From an uncultured Bacillales bacterium (GTDB lineage: Bacteria > Bacillota_I > Bacilli_A > RFN20 > CAG-826): a DNA stretch of 64,000 bases. Below the pieces are notes generated by a model. That model did no database searches and was not told the origin of the DNA. It worked only from the letters and a program-made list of their open reading frames with translations. A program made the position numbers and the translations under genes. Shown here piece by piece: positions 38,928 to 49,166 of this stretch (the stretch's first letter is position 1; every line of letters begins with the position of its first letter). Location of the stretch: contig CAJJXG010000002.1 of NCBI GenBank assembly GCA_905197045.1, positions 1,312 through 65,311 of the forward strand, read 5' to 3'.

Positions 38928-41720
38928 ATGTTAGAAATTAAGGATTTAGTAAAAGACTATCGAAGTGGAGATATAGTCACACATGCTTTAAAAGGGATTA
39001 ATCTCTCTTTTTCTACTAATGGATTTTATTCAATTTTAGGTCCTTCTGGTTGTGGTAAGTCAACTCTTTTAAATTTAATTGGTTTATTAGATCGACCAAC
39101 TGAAGGAGATATCATAATTGATGGAATATCTACTAAAAACTTAAAAAGCAATGAGCAAGATGAGTTTAGAAATAAAGTTATTGGTTTTGTTTTTCAATCT
39201 TATCACTTAATTAAAAATTTAAACGCCTATGAAAATATTGAATTACCACTTGTTTTGGGCGGAGAAACCGATAAAAAAGTAATAGAAGAGAAAATAAACG
39301 CTTTATTAAAGGATGTTGATTTATTTGATTTAAAAGATAAAAGAAGCTCTGATTTAAGTGGCGGTCAAATGCAAAGAATTGCTATTGCTAGAGCTTTAAT
39401 TAATAATCCAAAAATTATTTTAGCAGATGAGCCAACTGGCGCTCTTGATAGTAAGACTTCTTTAGAAGTCATGGATATTTTAAAAAAGTTAAGTGAGAAT
39501 CATCTTGTAATTTTAGTAACCCACAATAAAGAATTAGCTGATAAATATAGCGACAAAATTATTTATTTAAATGATGGCGAAGTTACAGGTCAAAAGGACT
39601 TACATAAAGTCAAAGAAAAAGAAAGTGAAGCTTTACAAGCTATCTCTAAAAAAAGAAATTTCATCTCGAATCGTATTATTTGGGCTCTCTCTTTAAGAAA
39701 TATCTTTTCTAAGAAATTAAAAACAATAATTAGTGCTGTAGCTAATTGTTTTGGTCTTGTAGCACTTGGCTTTATTTTAGCTTTAACAAATGGATTTACT
39801 GTTTATTCTGATCGAGTAAGTTATGAAACAGCTTCCTCTTTACCAATTAATGTGCCTTCTTATACCTTAAAAACTTCAAGTGATGATTGGAAAGAAATTA
39901 ATCAAGCTACAGAATTTCCTGAAGATAAAGCTATTTTCCCTTATGTCTCGGTAAGTAGTGAATATACATACACTTATAATAACTATAGTGAAGAATATTT
40001 TGATCTTCTCGATTCTCTAGTTGATGAAGGCTTAGCAGTTGAATATATCAAAAATTATGGAAACTCTTATTCTTATAATTTAACAACTGAATTCCCTCAA
40101 AGTATTGATAGAAAAAGTAAAAGTTATGTTGGTAGCGTCACAACAACAATTAGTGCAGGAGGTAGTTACACCTCAACTGGATATGGTATTCCAACTAATA
40201 TTTTCCATGTTTTATATGGTGATATAGATACAAGTTATGATTTGCTTTATGGAAAACTTCCTGAAAACAAAAAAGAAATAGTGCTTGTTGTTGATAGTTA
40301 TAATGCGATTAATTTTTCAACCTTAAGAGCAATGGGCTTTTATAATTCTAACGACACATCAGATGAAGTTTTAAATCCAGAATTAGAAAGTAATGTTGAA
40401 CCTATTTCATTTGATGATGTTGTTGGTAAAAAATATAAGATCTTTTCTAATGATGAAATCTATCAAAAAACAAATAACACTCAAATATTTGATGAGCCAA
40501 TTTTAGGAAGCAAAAGAAATTTACATACCTATAAGAAAAAAAGCGTAAGCGATTTATATAATGATGATACAAAAGGAATCGAACTTGAAATAAGTGGAAT
40601 AATTCGTCCAAAAAGAGAAAATAGCATAACTCTTTTATCACCTGCTTTATGCTATCTTCCTGAACTTCAAGATGAGTTAGTTGTACAAAAAGCCAAAAGT
40701 GAAATATCAAACGATATAAGCGGGAACATTGTAGCTAATTTTACTGATAGTGGGATCCAAGTAAACTCTTTTGTTCAGGAACTTAGGAGCTACTTAAATG
40801 ATTATAAAAATGGTGATATTGAGATTAATGCGACAACTTTTAATGATTTAATTGATAAATATTTTACTTATTATTACATCGAAGATAGTTATCACACACA
40901 TAATAGTAAAGGAGAAATAACTACTTGGCGCGAAGCAACTTTTGAAACGTTTTTAAGTGACGCCAAAAAAGTTGGAGCCGAATTAGTTGATGAAGAAATT
41001 ATGTCAAATTTTGTTGATATTAATCCTGATAATATCGACGAGTTAATTCAAGACGTAATTGATCAAGTCTCTGATAGTGGCGATTTAGCCAATATTTATA
41101 ACTACGTTATAAATTTAGGATGTTATTTAAATAGTTATACAACTTTACAAAATATTGCTATTTTCCCAAAAGGACTTGAAGAAAGAAACGAAATTTTACT
41201 TCGCCTTGATGAATTTAACGATGCGCAAACTGATCCTAATAAAAAAGTATATTATGTAAGTTTATCTTCTTCTTTAATAAATAGCGTATCAAATATGGTA
41301 AGTCTTGTTTCTTTAGTACTTTCAATATTTGTTGCGGTTTTATTAATTGTGGCCTGCGCTATGAACATTTTATTTACCTATAATAATGTTTTAGAAAGAA
41401 CTAAAGATATTGGCATTTTAAGAGCGATAGGGACAACAAAAATGGATGTTTCAAGAATGTTTATCATTGAAGCTGGAATTGTTGGTTTATTAAGTGGCTT
41501 ATTTAGTTGCTTATTTACCTATGTTTTAGCTTTCCCAGTAAATATGCTAATCGCTCAACATTATGCGCATTATTTTTCTTTCCAAGACATTTGTGTTGTA
41601 ACTTGGTGGCATATGTTTATTTTAGTTGGTATAGCTTTAATTTTAGGAATTGCTAGTGCAATTGCCCCAGCCTATAGCGCTAGTAAAAAAGATCCAGTTA
41701 AATGTCTTAAAGAAGAGTAA
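38928..41720 (+). CDS. fused ABC transporter ATP-binding/permease protein (MacB/FtsX-type)
   Basis: 930 aa with GPSGCGKST, LSGGQMQRIAIARAL and ILADEPTGALD. A TM helix and a very large extracytoplasmic region follow. The C-terminal FtsX bundle includes LRAIGTTKMDVSRMFIIEAG. Confidence 0.88.
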   Translation: MLEIKDLVKDYRSGDIVTHALKGINLSFSTNGFYSILGPSGCGKSTLLNLIGLLDRPTEGDIIIDGISTKNLKSNEQDEFRNKVIGFVFQSYHLIKNLNAYENIELPLVLGGETDKKVIEEKINALLKDVDLFDLKDKRSSDLSGGQMQRIAIARALINNPKIILADEPTGALDSKTSLEVMDILKKLSENHLVILVTHNKELADKYSDKIIYLNDGEVTGQKDLHKVKEKESEALQAISKKRNFISNRIIWALSLRNIFSKKLKTIISAVANCFGLVALGFILALTNGFTVYSDRVSYETASSLPINVPSYTLKTSSDDWKEINQATEFPEDKAIFPYVSVSSEYTYTYNNYSEEYFDLLDSLVDEGLAVEYIKNYGNSYSYNLTTEFPQSIDRKSKSYVGSVTTTISAGGSYTSTGYGIPTNIFHVLYGDIDTSYDLLYGKLPENKKEIVLVVDSYNAINFSTLRAMGFYNSNDTSDEVLNPELESNVEPISFDDVVGKKYKIFSNDEIYQKTNNTQIFDEPILGSKRNLHTYKKKSVSDLYNDDTKGIELEISGIIRPKRENSITLLSPALCYLPELQDELVVQKAKSEISNDISGNIVANFTDSGIQVNSFVQELRSYLNDYKNGDIEINATTFNDLIDKYFTYYYIEDSYHTHNSKGEITTWREATFETFLSDAKKVGAELVDEEIMSNFVDINPDNIDELIQDVIDQVSDSGDLANIYNYVINLGCYLNSYTTLQNIAIFPKGLEERNEILLRLDEFNDAQTDPNKKVYYVSLSSSLINSVSNMVSLVSLVLSIFVAVLLIVACAMNILFTYNNVLERTKDIGILRAIGTTKMDVSRMFIIEAGIVGLLSGLFSCLFTYVLAFPVNMLIAQHYAHYFSFQDICVVTWWHMFILVGIALILGIASAIAPAYSASKKDPVKCLKEE

Positions 41721-41880
41721 ATTTATTTAATTAAATTTCTTTAATTTTTTAAGTGAATGGTTTTCTAAATGAAATAAGGAGTGTTAAAATTAAGCGTAGA
41801 ACTTAATTTATAATATTTATATTTAAGCTAAGATTATCTAGTTTTTCAAAAAAAGTTAAGAATTGCAAGGATTTTAAAAT

Positions 41881-41903
41881 AAAAAAAGACTTCCGAGGAA
41901 GTC
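41881..41903 (-). terminator. rho-independent terminator after tRNA-Lys
   Basis: The minus strand reads GACTTCC-tc-GGAAGTC followed by TTTTTTT. Confidence 0.7.
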
Positions 41904-41920
41904 AATAAGTTCTAAATAAG

Positions 41921-41996
41921 TGGTGATCCGCCGGAGACTCGAACTCCGGACCCACTGATTAAGAGTCAGTTGCTCTACCAACTGAGCTAGCGGACC
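41921..41996 (-). tRNA. tRNA-Lys (CUU)
   Basis: Reverse complement is GGTCCGCTAGCTCAGTTGGTAGAGCAACTGACTCTTAATCAGTGGGTCCGGAGTTCGAGTCTCCGGCGGATCACCA, with anticodon loop CTCTTAA. Confidence 0.93.
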
Positions 41997-42004
41997 GCTT
42001 TAAA

Positions 42005-42034
42005 ATTATATAAAAAAGTAGGAATTAATATCAA
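42005..42034 (-). promoter_or_regulatory. sigma-70-type promoter for tRNA-Lys
   Basis: The minus strand reads TTGATA-18 nt-TATAAT, ending about 8 nt before the tRNA 5' end. Confidence 0.55.
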
Positions 42035-42072
42035 GAAATATTTTGTTTATAAATGCAAATGAGGGGTTAGAC

Positions 42073-42378
42073 ATGGAAATACTTGTTAAAAAAGAAAAGA
42101 TTGAAGCTTATGAAAATGATAAATGTTTAGGCTTTTTAAAATATAACTTAGAAAATAATATCTTAACAATAATTTCAACTGTAGTTTATGAAGATGCAAG
42201 AGGAAAAGGCGTTGCAAAAGAATTAAATCGTTACATTTTTGATTATGTTAAAAAAGGAATTAATGAAATTAGAATAATTTGTTCTTACTCTAAAAATTAT
42301 TATCTTAAAAATAAAGACCAATATAATGACGTTAAAGTTGTATTAATAGAAGAGGATAATAATGTCTGTTCTATTTAA
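42073..42378 (+). CDS. small GNAT-like N-acetyltransferase (YjdJ-type)
   Basis: I trimmed the start to ATG 42073 (MEILVKKEK...), which has a GAGGGG RBS; the track start is a TTG with no RBS. VYEDARGKGVAKEL resembles the acetyl-CoA binding R/Q-x-x-G-x-G/A motif. Confidence 0.5.
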   Translation: MEILVKKEKIEAYENDKCLGFLKYNLENNILTIISTVVYEDARGKGVAKELNRYIFDYVKKGINEIRIICSYSKNYYLKNKDQYNDVKVVLIEEDNNVCSI

Positions 42379-43288
42379 AACTTATTCTACATATTTAGCT
42401 AAGAAGATGAGAGAAAACGACGAGGCTAATTTTAAAAATTTGAAGCATATTGAAGGAGTAAAATCCATTAATAATATTCGCTACTTAAAAGGTAAAAACA
42501 AATACCATCTTTTTAATATGTATTTTCCTGAAAGCGCAAGTGATTTATCAACTTTACCATTGATGATTCAAATTCATGGGGGAGGATGGATATACGGAGA
42601 TAAAGATTTAAGTCGCTTCCATAATGCATATTATGCTTCTAAAGGGATGGTTGTTTTATCAATGTCTTATCGCTTACTTTTAAGAACGAATCTTAAAGGA
42701 ATTGTTCAAGATTTGTTTCATTTTTTTAACTATATTGAAAAACATGAAAAAGAATTAAATATTTCTTTTAAAAATGTTTTATTAACTGGCGATAGTGCTG
42801 GTGGTCATTTAGTCCTTTTAGTTAACGCTATAAATCAAAACAAGGATTTACAAGAACTTTATGAAGTTGAGCCATTCAACATTAAATTTAAAATGTTAAA
42901 TCTTGAACATCCAGTGCCATTTTTAAAAGAAATCTTTAATAAAAAAGGAACTCGAATCGCTAATCATTTTTTAATGAATGCTTTCTTTGGCTATTTTTAT
43001 AAAAATAAAAAGCTTTACTATAATTCTTCTTTAGAAGATTTTATTGATAAAAGTAAATATCCGTTTATCTCAATTGTTTCTTCTAGTGATGATTCTTTTA
43101 AAGATCAAACAATTAAGACTTATGAGGAACTTAAAAAAAGAGGAAACGAGGTTAGTTTTAAAATGTATCAAGATGAACCTCATGTTTTTGAAGTAAGTTT
43201 TTATGATCGACCAAAATCACTTGATTACAATAACTATGTAATTAACAAATTTAAAGAATTGATAGGTAACTCGTATGAAAAAAAGTAG
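42362..43288 (+). CDS. alpha/beta hydrolase (esterase/lipase, HGGG type)
   Basis: 308 aa with the oxyanion motif IHGGGW and the nucleophile elbow GDSAGG. It overlaps both neighbouring genes. Confidence 0.8.
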   Translation: MSVLFKTYSTYLAKKMRENDEANFKNLKHIEGVKSINNIRYLKGKNKYHLFNMYFPESASDLSTLPLMIQIHGGGWIYGDKDLSRFHNAYYASKGMVVLSMSYRLLLRTNLKGIVQDLFHFFNYIEKHEKELNISFKNVLLTGDSAGGHLVLLVNAINQNKDLQELYEVEPFNIKFKMLNLEHPVPFLKEIFNKKGTRIANHFLMNAFFGYFYKNKKLYYNSSLEDFIDKSKYPFISIVSSSDDSFKDQTIKTYEELKKRGNEVSFKMYQDEPHVFEVSFYDRPKSLDYNNYVINKFKELIGNSYEKK

Positions 43289-44972
43289 TAATGTTATAAA
43301 TGTTCTTTTAATCATTTTATGTGTTTGTATTGTTGCAGTTGGAATATCTGCTATTTTTATTTTTGGTTTTAATAGTGGAAATAACCAAGGTTTTAATAAC
43401 AACAATAATTCAAACAATGGCGTAGCTGAGGTTATAAAAGAAGATGGCACTGATAAACTTGTTGAATATCGAGATGCAAATTTAGAAAATAACAAAGCGG
43501 TTTTTACTTATCAAGATGTTAATGAAAAGGCTCATCAACCATTTACCCCTTCTTTAGGGGAAGTCAATATTTTAGTAGTTCCTATTGAATTTGATACAAC
43601 ATCTATTACTTTTACAAAAAGAGGTACTGTTTTTAGAGAAGTGGCTGAAATTAAGCCATATACAAGTTCAGATTTAAGTGCTATTGAAGCGACTTTTAAT
43701 GGCTCACGTAGTGATGGCACAAATTCATATTGGGAAAGCGTGGCTTCATTTTATGAAAAATCGAGTTATGGTAAACTAAATCTTAATTTTGAAATCGCTG
43801 ATCCTTATTCTCCTTCAATGAGCGCTGAAAGCTTTTTAAAAATGGAAGATTTAAATTCAAATTCAGCATCTGGATCAATTGCTTTAATTGATGAAATATT
43901 AAAGAATGGATATCAAGTTAATGGAATTCAATATGATTTATTTGAAGGAAATCATAATGTTGTTTCAAAATTTGACGTGAATGATGATAACTATGTAGAT
44001 GGAATTTGGCTTATTTATAATAGTAAAAACGCAGATTTTCCAAGTTCAGATAATCAACCATTTTGGGCTTATACAACAAATTATATTCGTGAATTTAATG
44101 ATGGAATAGTTACTGGAACACGTTATGCAAATTGTGCTCTTTCTTTTTTATTTGATGGTAATGCTAATGGTGAAGATGCTCATACAATAATTCATGAAAC
44201 AGGGCATATGCTTGGACTTGATGATTATTATAGTTACGATAATAAGAGTAATTATGGCTATTTAGGTGGAATTGATATGATGGATTTAAATATTGGCGAT
44301 CATTCTTCTTTTTCTAAATATGCTTTAGGATGGACAAGTCCAACTGTTGTTTATGAAAAAAGTTCAACCATAACTTTAAAACCATTTGCAGAAAGTGGAG
44401 AAAGTTTAATTATTCCTTCAAGCTATTATAATGATTCAGCTTTTAGTGAATATTTAATTCTTGAATATAAAACTCCTACCGGACTTAATGAATTAGATTA
44501 TGATAAACACTACCAAACTGAATATCCTAATGTATTTGGAAGTGGACTTGCCATATATCATGTTGATGCGCGCTTAATAAAACATGAAATTAGACAAAAT
44601 GGAGTCTATTTTTGTACAGATTATCTTGATGAAACATTAAATGAGATTCCAGAAATTACAAGTGGAAATAGCGGAGAAGAAGTTTATTTAGTTGCAAATT
44701 CAAACACCCCATCTTATAACGCAGTAAGTGATACATATGCCTTAGTTCGCTTAATTAGTAAACAAAGAATTTTATATGATCAAGATGAAGGAATAAGTAG
44801 AGTTGCTTCAACTAATCAAGATTTATATCAAGCAGGGGATGAATGTTCTTTAAATAATATAAGTAGATTTTTCGCTTATAATTCCTTTAATAATGGAACA
44901 CCTCTTTCTGATTTATCAATTAAAGTAACTAGTATGGATGCTAGTGGAATTACTCTTGAAATTAATCGATAA
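43275..44972 (+). CDS. membrane-anchored zinc metalloprotease (HExxH; M6/InhA-like)
   Basis: 565 aa with an N-terminal TM anchor and an Asn-rich linker. LVVPIEFD and AHTIIHETGHMLGLDDYY resemble the immune inhibitor A family. Confidence 0.6.
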   Translation: MKKSSNVINVLLIILCVCIVAVGISAIFIFGFNSGNNQGFNNNNNSNNGVAEVIKEDGTDKLVEYRDANLENNKAVFTYQDVNEKAHQPFTPSLGEVNILVVPIEFDTTSITFTKRGTVFREVAEIKPYTSSDLSAIEATFNGSRSDGTNSYWESVASFYEKSSYGKLNLNFEIADPYSPSMSAESFLKMEDLNSNSASGSIALIDEILKNGYQVNGIQYDLFEGNHNVVSKFDVNDDNYVDGIWLIYNSKNADFPSSDNQPFWAYTTNYIREFNDGIVTGTRYANCALSFLFDGNANGEDAHTIIHETGHMLGLDDYYSYDNKSNYGYLGGIDMMDLNIGDHSSFSKYALGWTSPTVVYEKSSTITLKPFAESGESLIIPSSYYNDSAFSEYLILEYKTPTGLNELDYDKHYQTEYPNVFGSGLAIYHVDARLIKHEIRQNGVYFCTDYLDETLNEIPEITSGNSGEEVYLVANSNTPSYNAVSDTYALVRLISKQRILYDQDEGISRVASTNQDLYQAGDECSLNNISRFFAYNSFNNGTPLSDLSIKVTSMDASGITLEINR

Positions 44973-46054
44973 TGAAAGAAATTATTCATCAAGACGCTTC
45001 AACTAAAAAAAGAGTTCTCGCTCTTTTAATAGATTATTTTTTACTGTTTATTGGTAATGTTATTTTTTATTTTTTAATCGTTAGTCAAATTGCAAATACT
45101 TTACCAATAATGAAAGATTTATCTAATGCTTTTTATAATTCTTATAATGAAGTAAAAGAAATTATTGAAGATAGTAAACTTGATTCTATCTCAACTCTTA
45201 ACTATTTAAAGATGAGTGTTAAAACGCGTCTTGGTGAAAGTTATTTTGTTGATACAGAATATGAACTTCTTGGATCGTTAAACAAAGAAAACGATCCAAT
45301 TTACTTTTATTTAAATAACTATAAAAGTGAAAATATAAGTAGTTATCTTAATAATGGTATTAATCTAGAAACTTATTTAAAAAAGATTGAAGAGTCTAAT
45401 TTTTTTGATATGAGTCAAGATAATTATTATCTTTTAAAAGAAGAGATTGCTATTAAGGTTGGTGATTATTTATTTAACGACAATCAAGTTTTTAAAAATG
45501 AATATGAAAACTTATATTCTTTTATTTTGAATAACTTTAATGATTGTTCTTTAGATTTAAAAGAAAATAATTCGTTATATTTAAATAGTTATTCTTTACT
45601 TAACTCTTCTTCAAATTCAATCCGCGGGGCTAATTTTATCGAGTTAAATATATCTTTTGTTTTTAGTTTTCTTTTTATTTATTTACTTACTTTTTTACTT
45701 AACAAAAAACATAAATCATTAGGATTAATTGCAATGAAGTTAACATATGATTTTTCTAAAAAACCTTCTAAAACTAAACTATTTTTAAAAGTTTTACTTA
45801 CTTTTATACTTACTTATTCATCAATTTTTCTTTCACTTTTTTTAACAAGTGGAAAAAGTTATGGGCAAGTAATTATGTATGACTTAAATGGATTTTATCT
45901 TGCTTTACTTCTTTTAGTGTTTTCACTTTTAATGAGTTTATTTTCTTTTATTTTAGAGTTTTTACCAATTGCTAAATCTTCTTTAAGTGATTATTTTTTA
46001 TCTTTTAAAATAAAAGATGAAACCTTGGTTGAAGAAAATGAGTCTAGTCGTTAA
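44972..46054 (+). CDS. RDD-family-like membrane protein with large inserted soluble region
   Basis: 360 aa. KKRVLALLIDYFLLFIGNVIFYFLIV is an RDD-type N-terminus, followed by about 150 aa of non-TM sequence and C-terminal TM helices. Its ATG overlaps the protease stop. Confidence 0.5.
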   Translation: MKEIIHQDASTKKRVLALLIDYFLLFIGNVIFYFLIVSQIANTLPIMKDLSNAFYNSYNEVKEIIEDSKLDSISTLNYLKMSVKTRLGESYFVDTEYELLGSLNKENDPIYFYLNNYKSENISSYLNNGINLETYLKKIEESNFFDMSQDNYYLLKEEIAIKVGDYLFNDNQVFKNEYENLYSFILNNFNDCSLDLKENNSLYLNSYSLLNSSSNSIRGANFIELNISFVFSFLFIYLLTFLLNKKHKSLGLIAMKLTYDFSKKPSKTKLFLKVLLTFILTYSSIFLSLFLTSGKSYGQVIMYDLNGFYLALLLLVFSLLMSLFSFILEFLPIAKSSLSDYFLSFKIKDETLVEENESSR

Positions 46055-46943
46055 ATATAAAAAGTGTAGTGATTTAAAAAGAGTAATGGCTTTTATTGTT
46101 GATTTTTTCTTTACTCTTTTATTAACTCTTTTACTTTTAGCTTCATCTTTAGCTATATTTTACGCAACACCAAATTATAAAGAAGCACTATCTATTCAAG
46201 AAAATTTAAAAGAAAGAAGTGCTTTATTTATTGAAGGAAAAGAAGCACCTTTATATTTAAGTGAAAATAGTTTAACTATTAAAGAACAAGTAAGAGAGCT
46301 TGATGAGTTAATGACAAATTTTTATGAAAATTCTTATTTTTTTAAAGACAATAATGAAATAAATGAATATAACAATCGTAAATTAAATGAAAAATATAAT
46401 GGGTATAACTTATTTAAAGAAGAAAATAATGAAATTATTTTTACTTTTAATAATGTGCCAGATAATACTTATTTGACTTATTTAACCAGTGAATATAATA
46501 CCTATGCTTTATCTTCTTTTAGAAATTTTGATGAATATATTAATACCACTAAGTTTATTTCGTTAACCAACCTTCTTCTTATTATTTTTACTTTTTTATT
46601 TTCAAGCATTATCTTTTATTTTTTAATACCTTTTTTAAGTAAAAATAATCGAGCGACTTTAGGAATGAAAATATTTAAGCTTGGTTTAATATCTAATTCT
46701 AATTACAGCTTAACTAAAAAAGAATTTATATATCGTTTTCTTTTTTTCTTTGTTATTGAATATATTTTAGGTTTTTTATCTTTTTTTATAGTTCCTTTAA
46801 TTTCTTTATCCTTTATGCTTTTATCTAAAAATTCACTTCCTTTTCATGATTTATTGTTAAACTCTAAGATGATTGATATAAGTGGAGTAAAAATTTTTAA
46901 AAATAAATACGAACTTTTAAATACTTTAAACACTTCAAAATAG
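46017..46943 (+). CDS. RDD-family-like membrane protein, paralogous architecture
   Basis: 308 aa with KRVMAFIVDFFFTLLLTLLLL, a soluble insert and C-terminal TMs including RATLGMKIFKL. The start could instead be ATG 46038 (MSLVV...). Confidence 0.5.
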   Translation: MKPWLKKMSLVVKYKKCSDLKRVMAFIVDFFFTLLLTLLLLASSLAIFYATPNYKEALSIQENLKERSALFIEGKEAPLYLSENSLTIKEQVRELDELMTNFYENSYFFKDNNEINEYNNRKLNEKYNGYNLFKEENNEIIFTFNNVPDNTYLTYLTSEYNTYALSSFRNFDEYINTTKFISLTNLLLIIFTFLFSSIIFYFLIPFLSKNNRATLGMKIFKLGLISNSNYSLTKKEFIYRFLFFFVIEYILGFLSFFIVPLISLSFMLLSKNSLPFHDLLLNSKMIDISGVKIFKNKYELLNTLNTSK

Positions 46944-47005
46944 AAAATTTAATTAATAAAACCTTCTTTTTCGTTTTAACTCCTTTATAATATAGATGTT
47001 TATCT

Positions 47006-48403
47006 ATGGGGCTAGTTAAAGCATCTAAATTTGAAATTAAACCGATAGCATTTATTTGCTTAGCGTTTATGGTTGTAATCCTACTGGGTTCGCTTTTTTT
47101 ATGGGCACCATTTTCTTTAAATGAAGGAATAAGCGTTGATTATATTGATGCTTTATTTACCTCAACTTCGGCAACTTGTGTTACGGGTTTAGTTTCTTTA
47201 CCAAATGGATCAGTTGCTGATACTTATAATATTTTTGGGCGATTTGTAGTAGCTCTTTTAATCCAAATTGGTGGATTAGGAGCGGCAACTTTAGCGATGG
47301 CTTTTATTTTAATAATTTCTTCTCGCTTAACAATGAATCAACAAACCTTAGTAAAAGAAAGCTGGAATATTTCTTCTTTTAAAGGTCTTAAAAAAATCTT
47401 TTTATTAAATCTTTTAATTACTTTTATTGCAGAAATTGTCGGAGCTTTTCTTTTATTTTTTGATCTTTATTTTTTACATAACGATGTTATTAAAGGGATC
47501 GATGAAGCTTTTGGACACGCCTTCTTTTTATCAGTAAGTGCCTTTAATAATGCAGGATTTGATATTTTTGGAAATACTTCATTAATTGCTTTTTCAGATG
47601 ATGTATTTATGAATTTAATCATCTCTTTACTTATTGTTTTTGGTGGTTTAGGTTATTTAGTTATTATTGATATCTGCTCTAAAAAGTTTCATTTTAAAAA
47701 GATGACTTTACATACAAAAGTTGTTATTTTTATGACTTTGTTATTAATTGTTGGTGGAACAATTACTATTTATTTAAGTGAAAACGTGCCTCATTTTATA
47801 AATAGCGCCGTGCCTTCTGGAATGACTTTTTTAGAGTCTTTCTTTTTATCTGTTTCAACAAGAACGGCTGGATTTACAACTTATAATTTATACGATGCGC
47901 AGATTTGTTCAATTCTATTAATGAATGTACTTATGTTTATTGGAGCTTCTCCAGGAGGTACTGGAGGTGGTGTTAAAACAACAACCATCTTTGCTCTTTT
48001 TGCTCGCATTAGAAGTGGAATTGATGGAAAAGCACCTCATGCTTTTAGAAGAAGCATCAATAAAGAAACCATTCAAAAAGCATTTACCTTATTTTTCCTT
48101 TCAGTATTATTCCTTCTTTTCTTTATCATTTTAATTTTTGCTTTTGAAGGAAAAGAAATTGAAGGAAATGGTAATATTTATTCATCAAATGATTATGTTT
48201 TTGATGCTTTTAGTGCTTTTGCAACCGTTGGACTTTCAACTGGAGTTACTCCATTTTTCTCAGTTGGTAGTAAACTTTGTTTAATTTTATTAATGTATAT
48301 TGGCCGAATTGGTCCAATGTCAGTTTCATTATCTTTATTTAAAACAAAACATAGTAATAACATTACTTGGAAATATGTAGATGATTCATTACCTATTGGA
48401 TGA
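47006..48403 (+). CDS. TrkH/KtrB-family potassium transporter membrane subunit
   Basis: 465 aa, multi-TM, with selectivity-filter-like segments TCVTGL, NAGFD, RTAGF and STGVT. Confidence 0.88.
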   Translation: MGLVKASKFEIKPIAFICLAFMVVILLGSLFLWAPFSLNEGISVDYIDALFTSTSATCVTGLVSLPNGSVADTYNIFGRFVVALLIQIGGLGAATLAMAFILIISSRLTMNQQTLVKESWNISSFKGLKKIFLLNLLITFIAEIVGAFLLFFDLYFLHNDVIKGIDEAFGHAFFLSVSAFNNAGFDIFGNTSLIAFSDDVFMNLIISLLIVFGGLGYLVIIDICSKKFHFKKMTLHTKVVIFMTLLLIVGGTITIYLSENVPHFINSAVPSGMTFLESFFLSVSTRTAGFTTYNLYDAQICSILLMNVLMFIGASPGGTGGGVKTTTIFALFARIRSGIDGKAPHAFRRSINKETIQKAFTLFFLSVLFLLFFIILIFAFEGKEIEGNGNIYSSNDYVFDAFSAFATVGLSTGVTPFFSVGSKLCLILLMYIGRIGPMSVSLSLFKTKHSNNITWKYVDDSLPIG

Positions 48404-48417
48404 GGAAGGATATTTTT

Positions 48418-49071
48418 ATGGCAAAAAATGCAGGAACTATTGGTATTATTGGACTTGGAAGATTTGGTTATTCTTTAGCTATTGAACTTGCTTCTAAAGG
48501 CAAAAGCATTATTTGTATTGATAAAGATGAAAAGAAAGTTAAAGAAATGCTTGATTACACAGATTATGCCTATGTTAGTGAAGATTTAACTAAAGAAACC
48601 TTAGAAGAGTTAGGTTTTAAAGAATGCGAAACCATTGTTGTTTGTATTGGTGAAAAAGTTGATGCTTCAATTTTAACAACCTTAAATGCCATTTCTTTAG
48701 GAGTTAAAAAAGTTATTGCTAAAGCGGGAAATGAAGAACAAGGGCAAGTCCTTGAACGTCTTGGAGCAGAAGTTATCTATCCTGATAAAGATAGTGCTGA
48801 TCGTCTTGCTAAAAAAATACTTTCTAATAATATTCTTGATTTTATTTCTCTTAATGAAAATATTGAAATTGTTGAAATAACTATTCCTAAAAGATATGTT
48901 GGGATAAAACTTGCTGATACTGATATTAGAAAAAGATTTAACCTTAATGTTATTGCAATTGAAAGAGATGAAAATATCGATATTAACGTTTCACCTTCTC
49001 ACGTATTTGAAGAAAAAGATGCTATCGTTGTTGTTGGTAATACCGATAGTATCGCTGAATTTGAAAAATAG
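48418..49071 (+). CDS. TrkA/KtrA RCK-domain regulatory subunit
   Basis: IGIIGLGRFGYSLA...ICIDKD is a Rossmann fold. I moved the start to ATG 48418, which follows the GAGGAAGG RBS; the track start at 48400 overlaps the trkH stop. Confidence 0.85.
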   Translation: MAKNAGTIGIIGLGRFGYSLAIELASKGKSIICIDKDEKKVKEMLDYTDYAYVSEDLTKETLEELGFKECETIVVCIGEKVDASILTTLNAISLGVKKVIAKAGNEEQGQVLERLGAEVIYPDKDSADRLAKKILSNNILDFISLNENIEIVEITIPKRYVGIKLADTDIRKRFNLNVIAIERDENIDINVSPSHVFEEKDAIVVVGNTDSIAEFEK

Positions 49072-49166
49072 ACTTTTAAAAACATAATCTAGAATAATTT
49101 TGTGCTTAAAAAACAATACGCAATTAAAAATAGAATTATAAGCGTTTAATCTTTATAATTGTAGTT

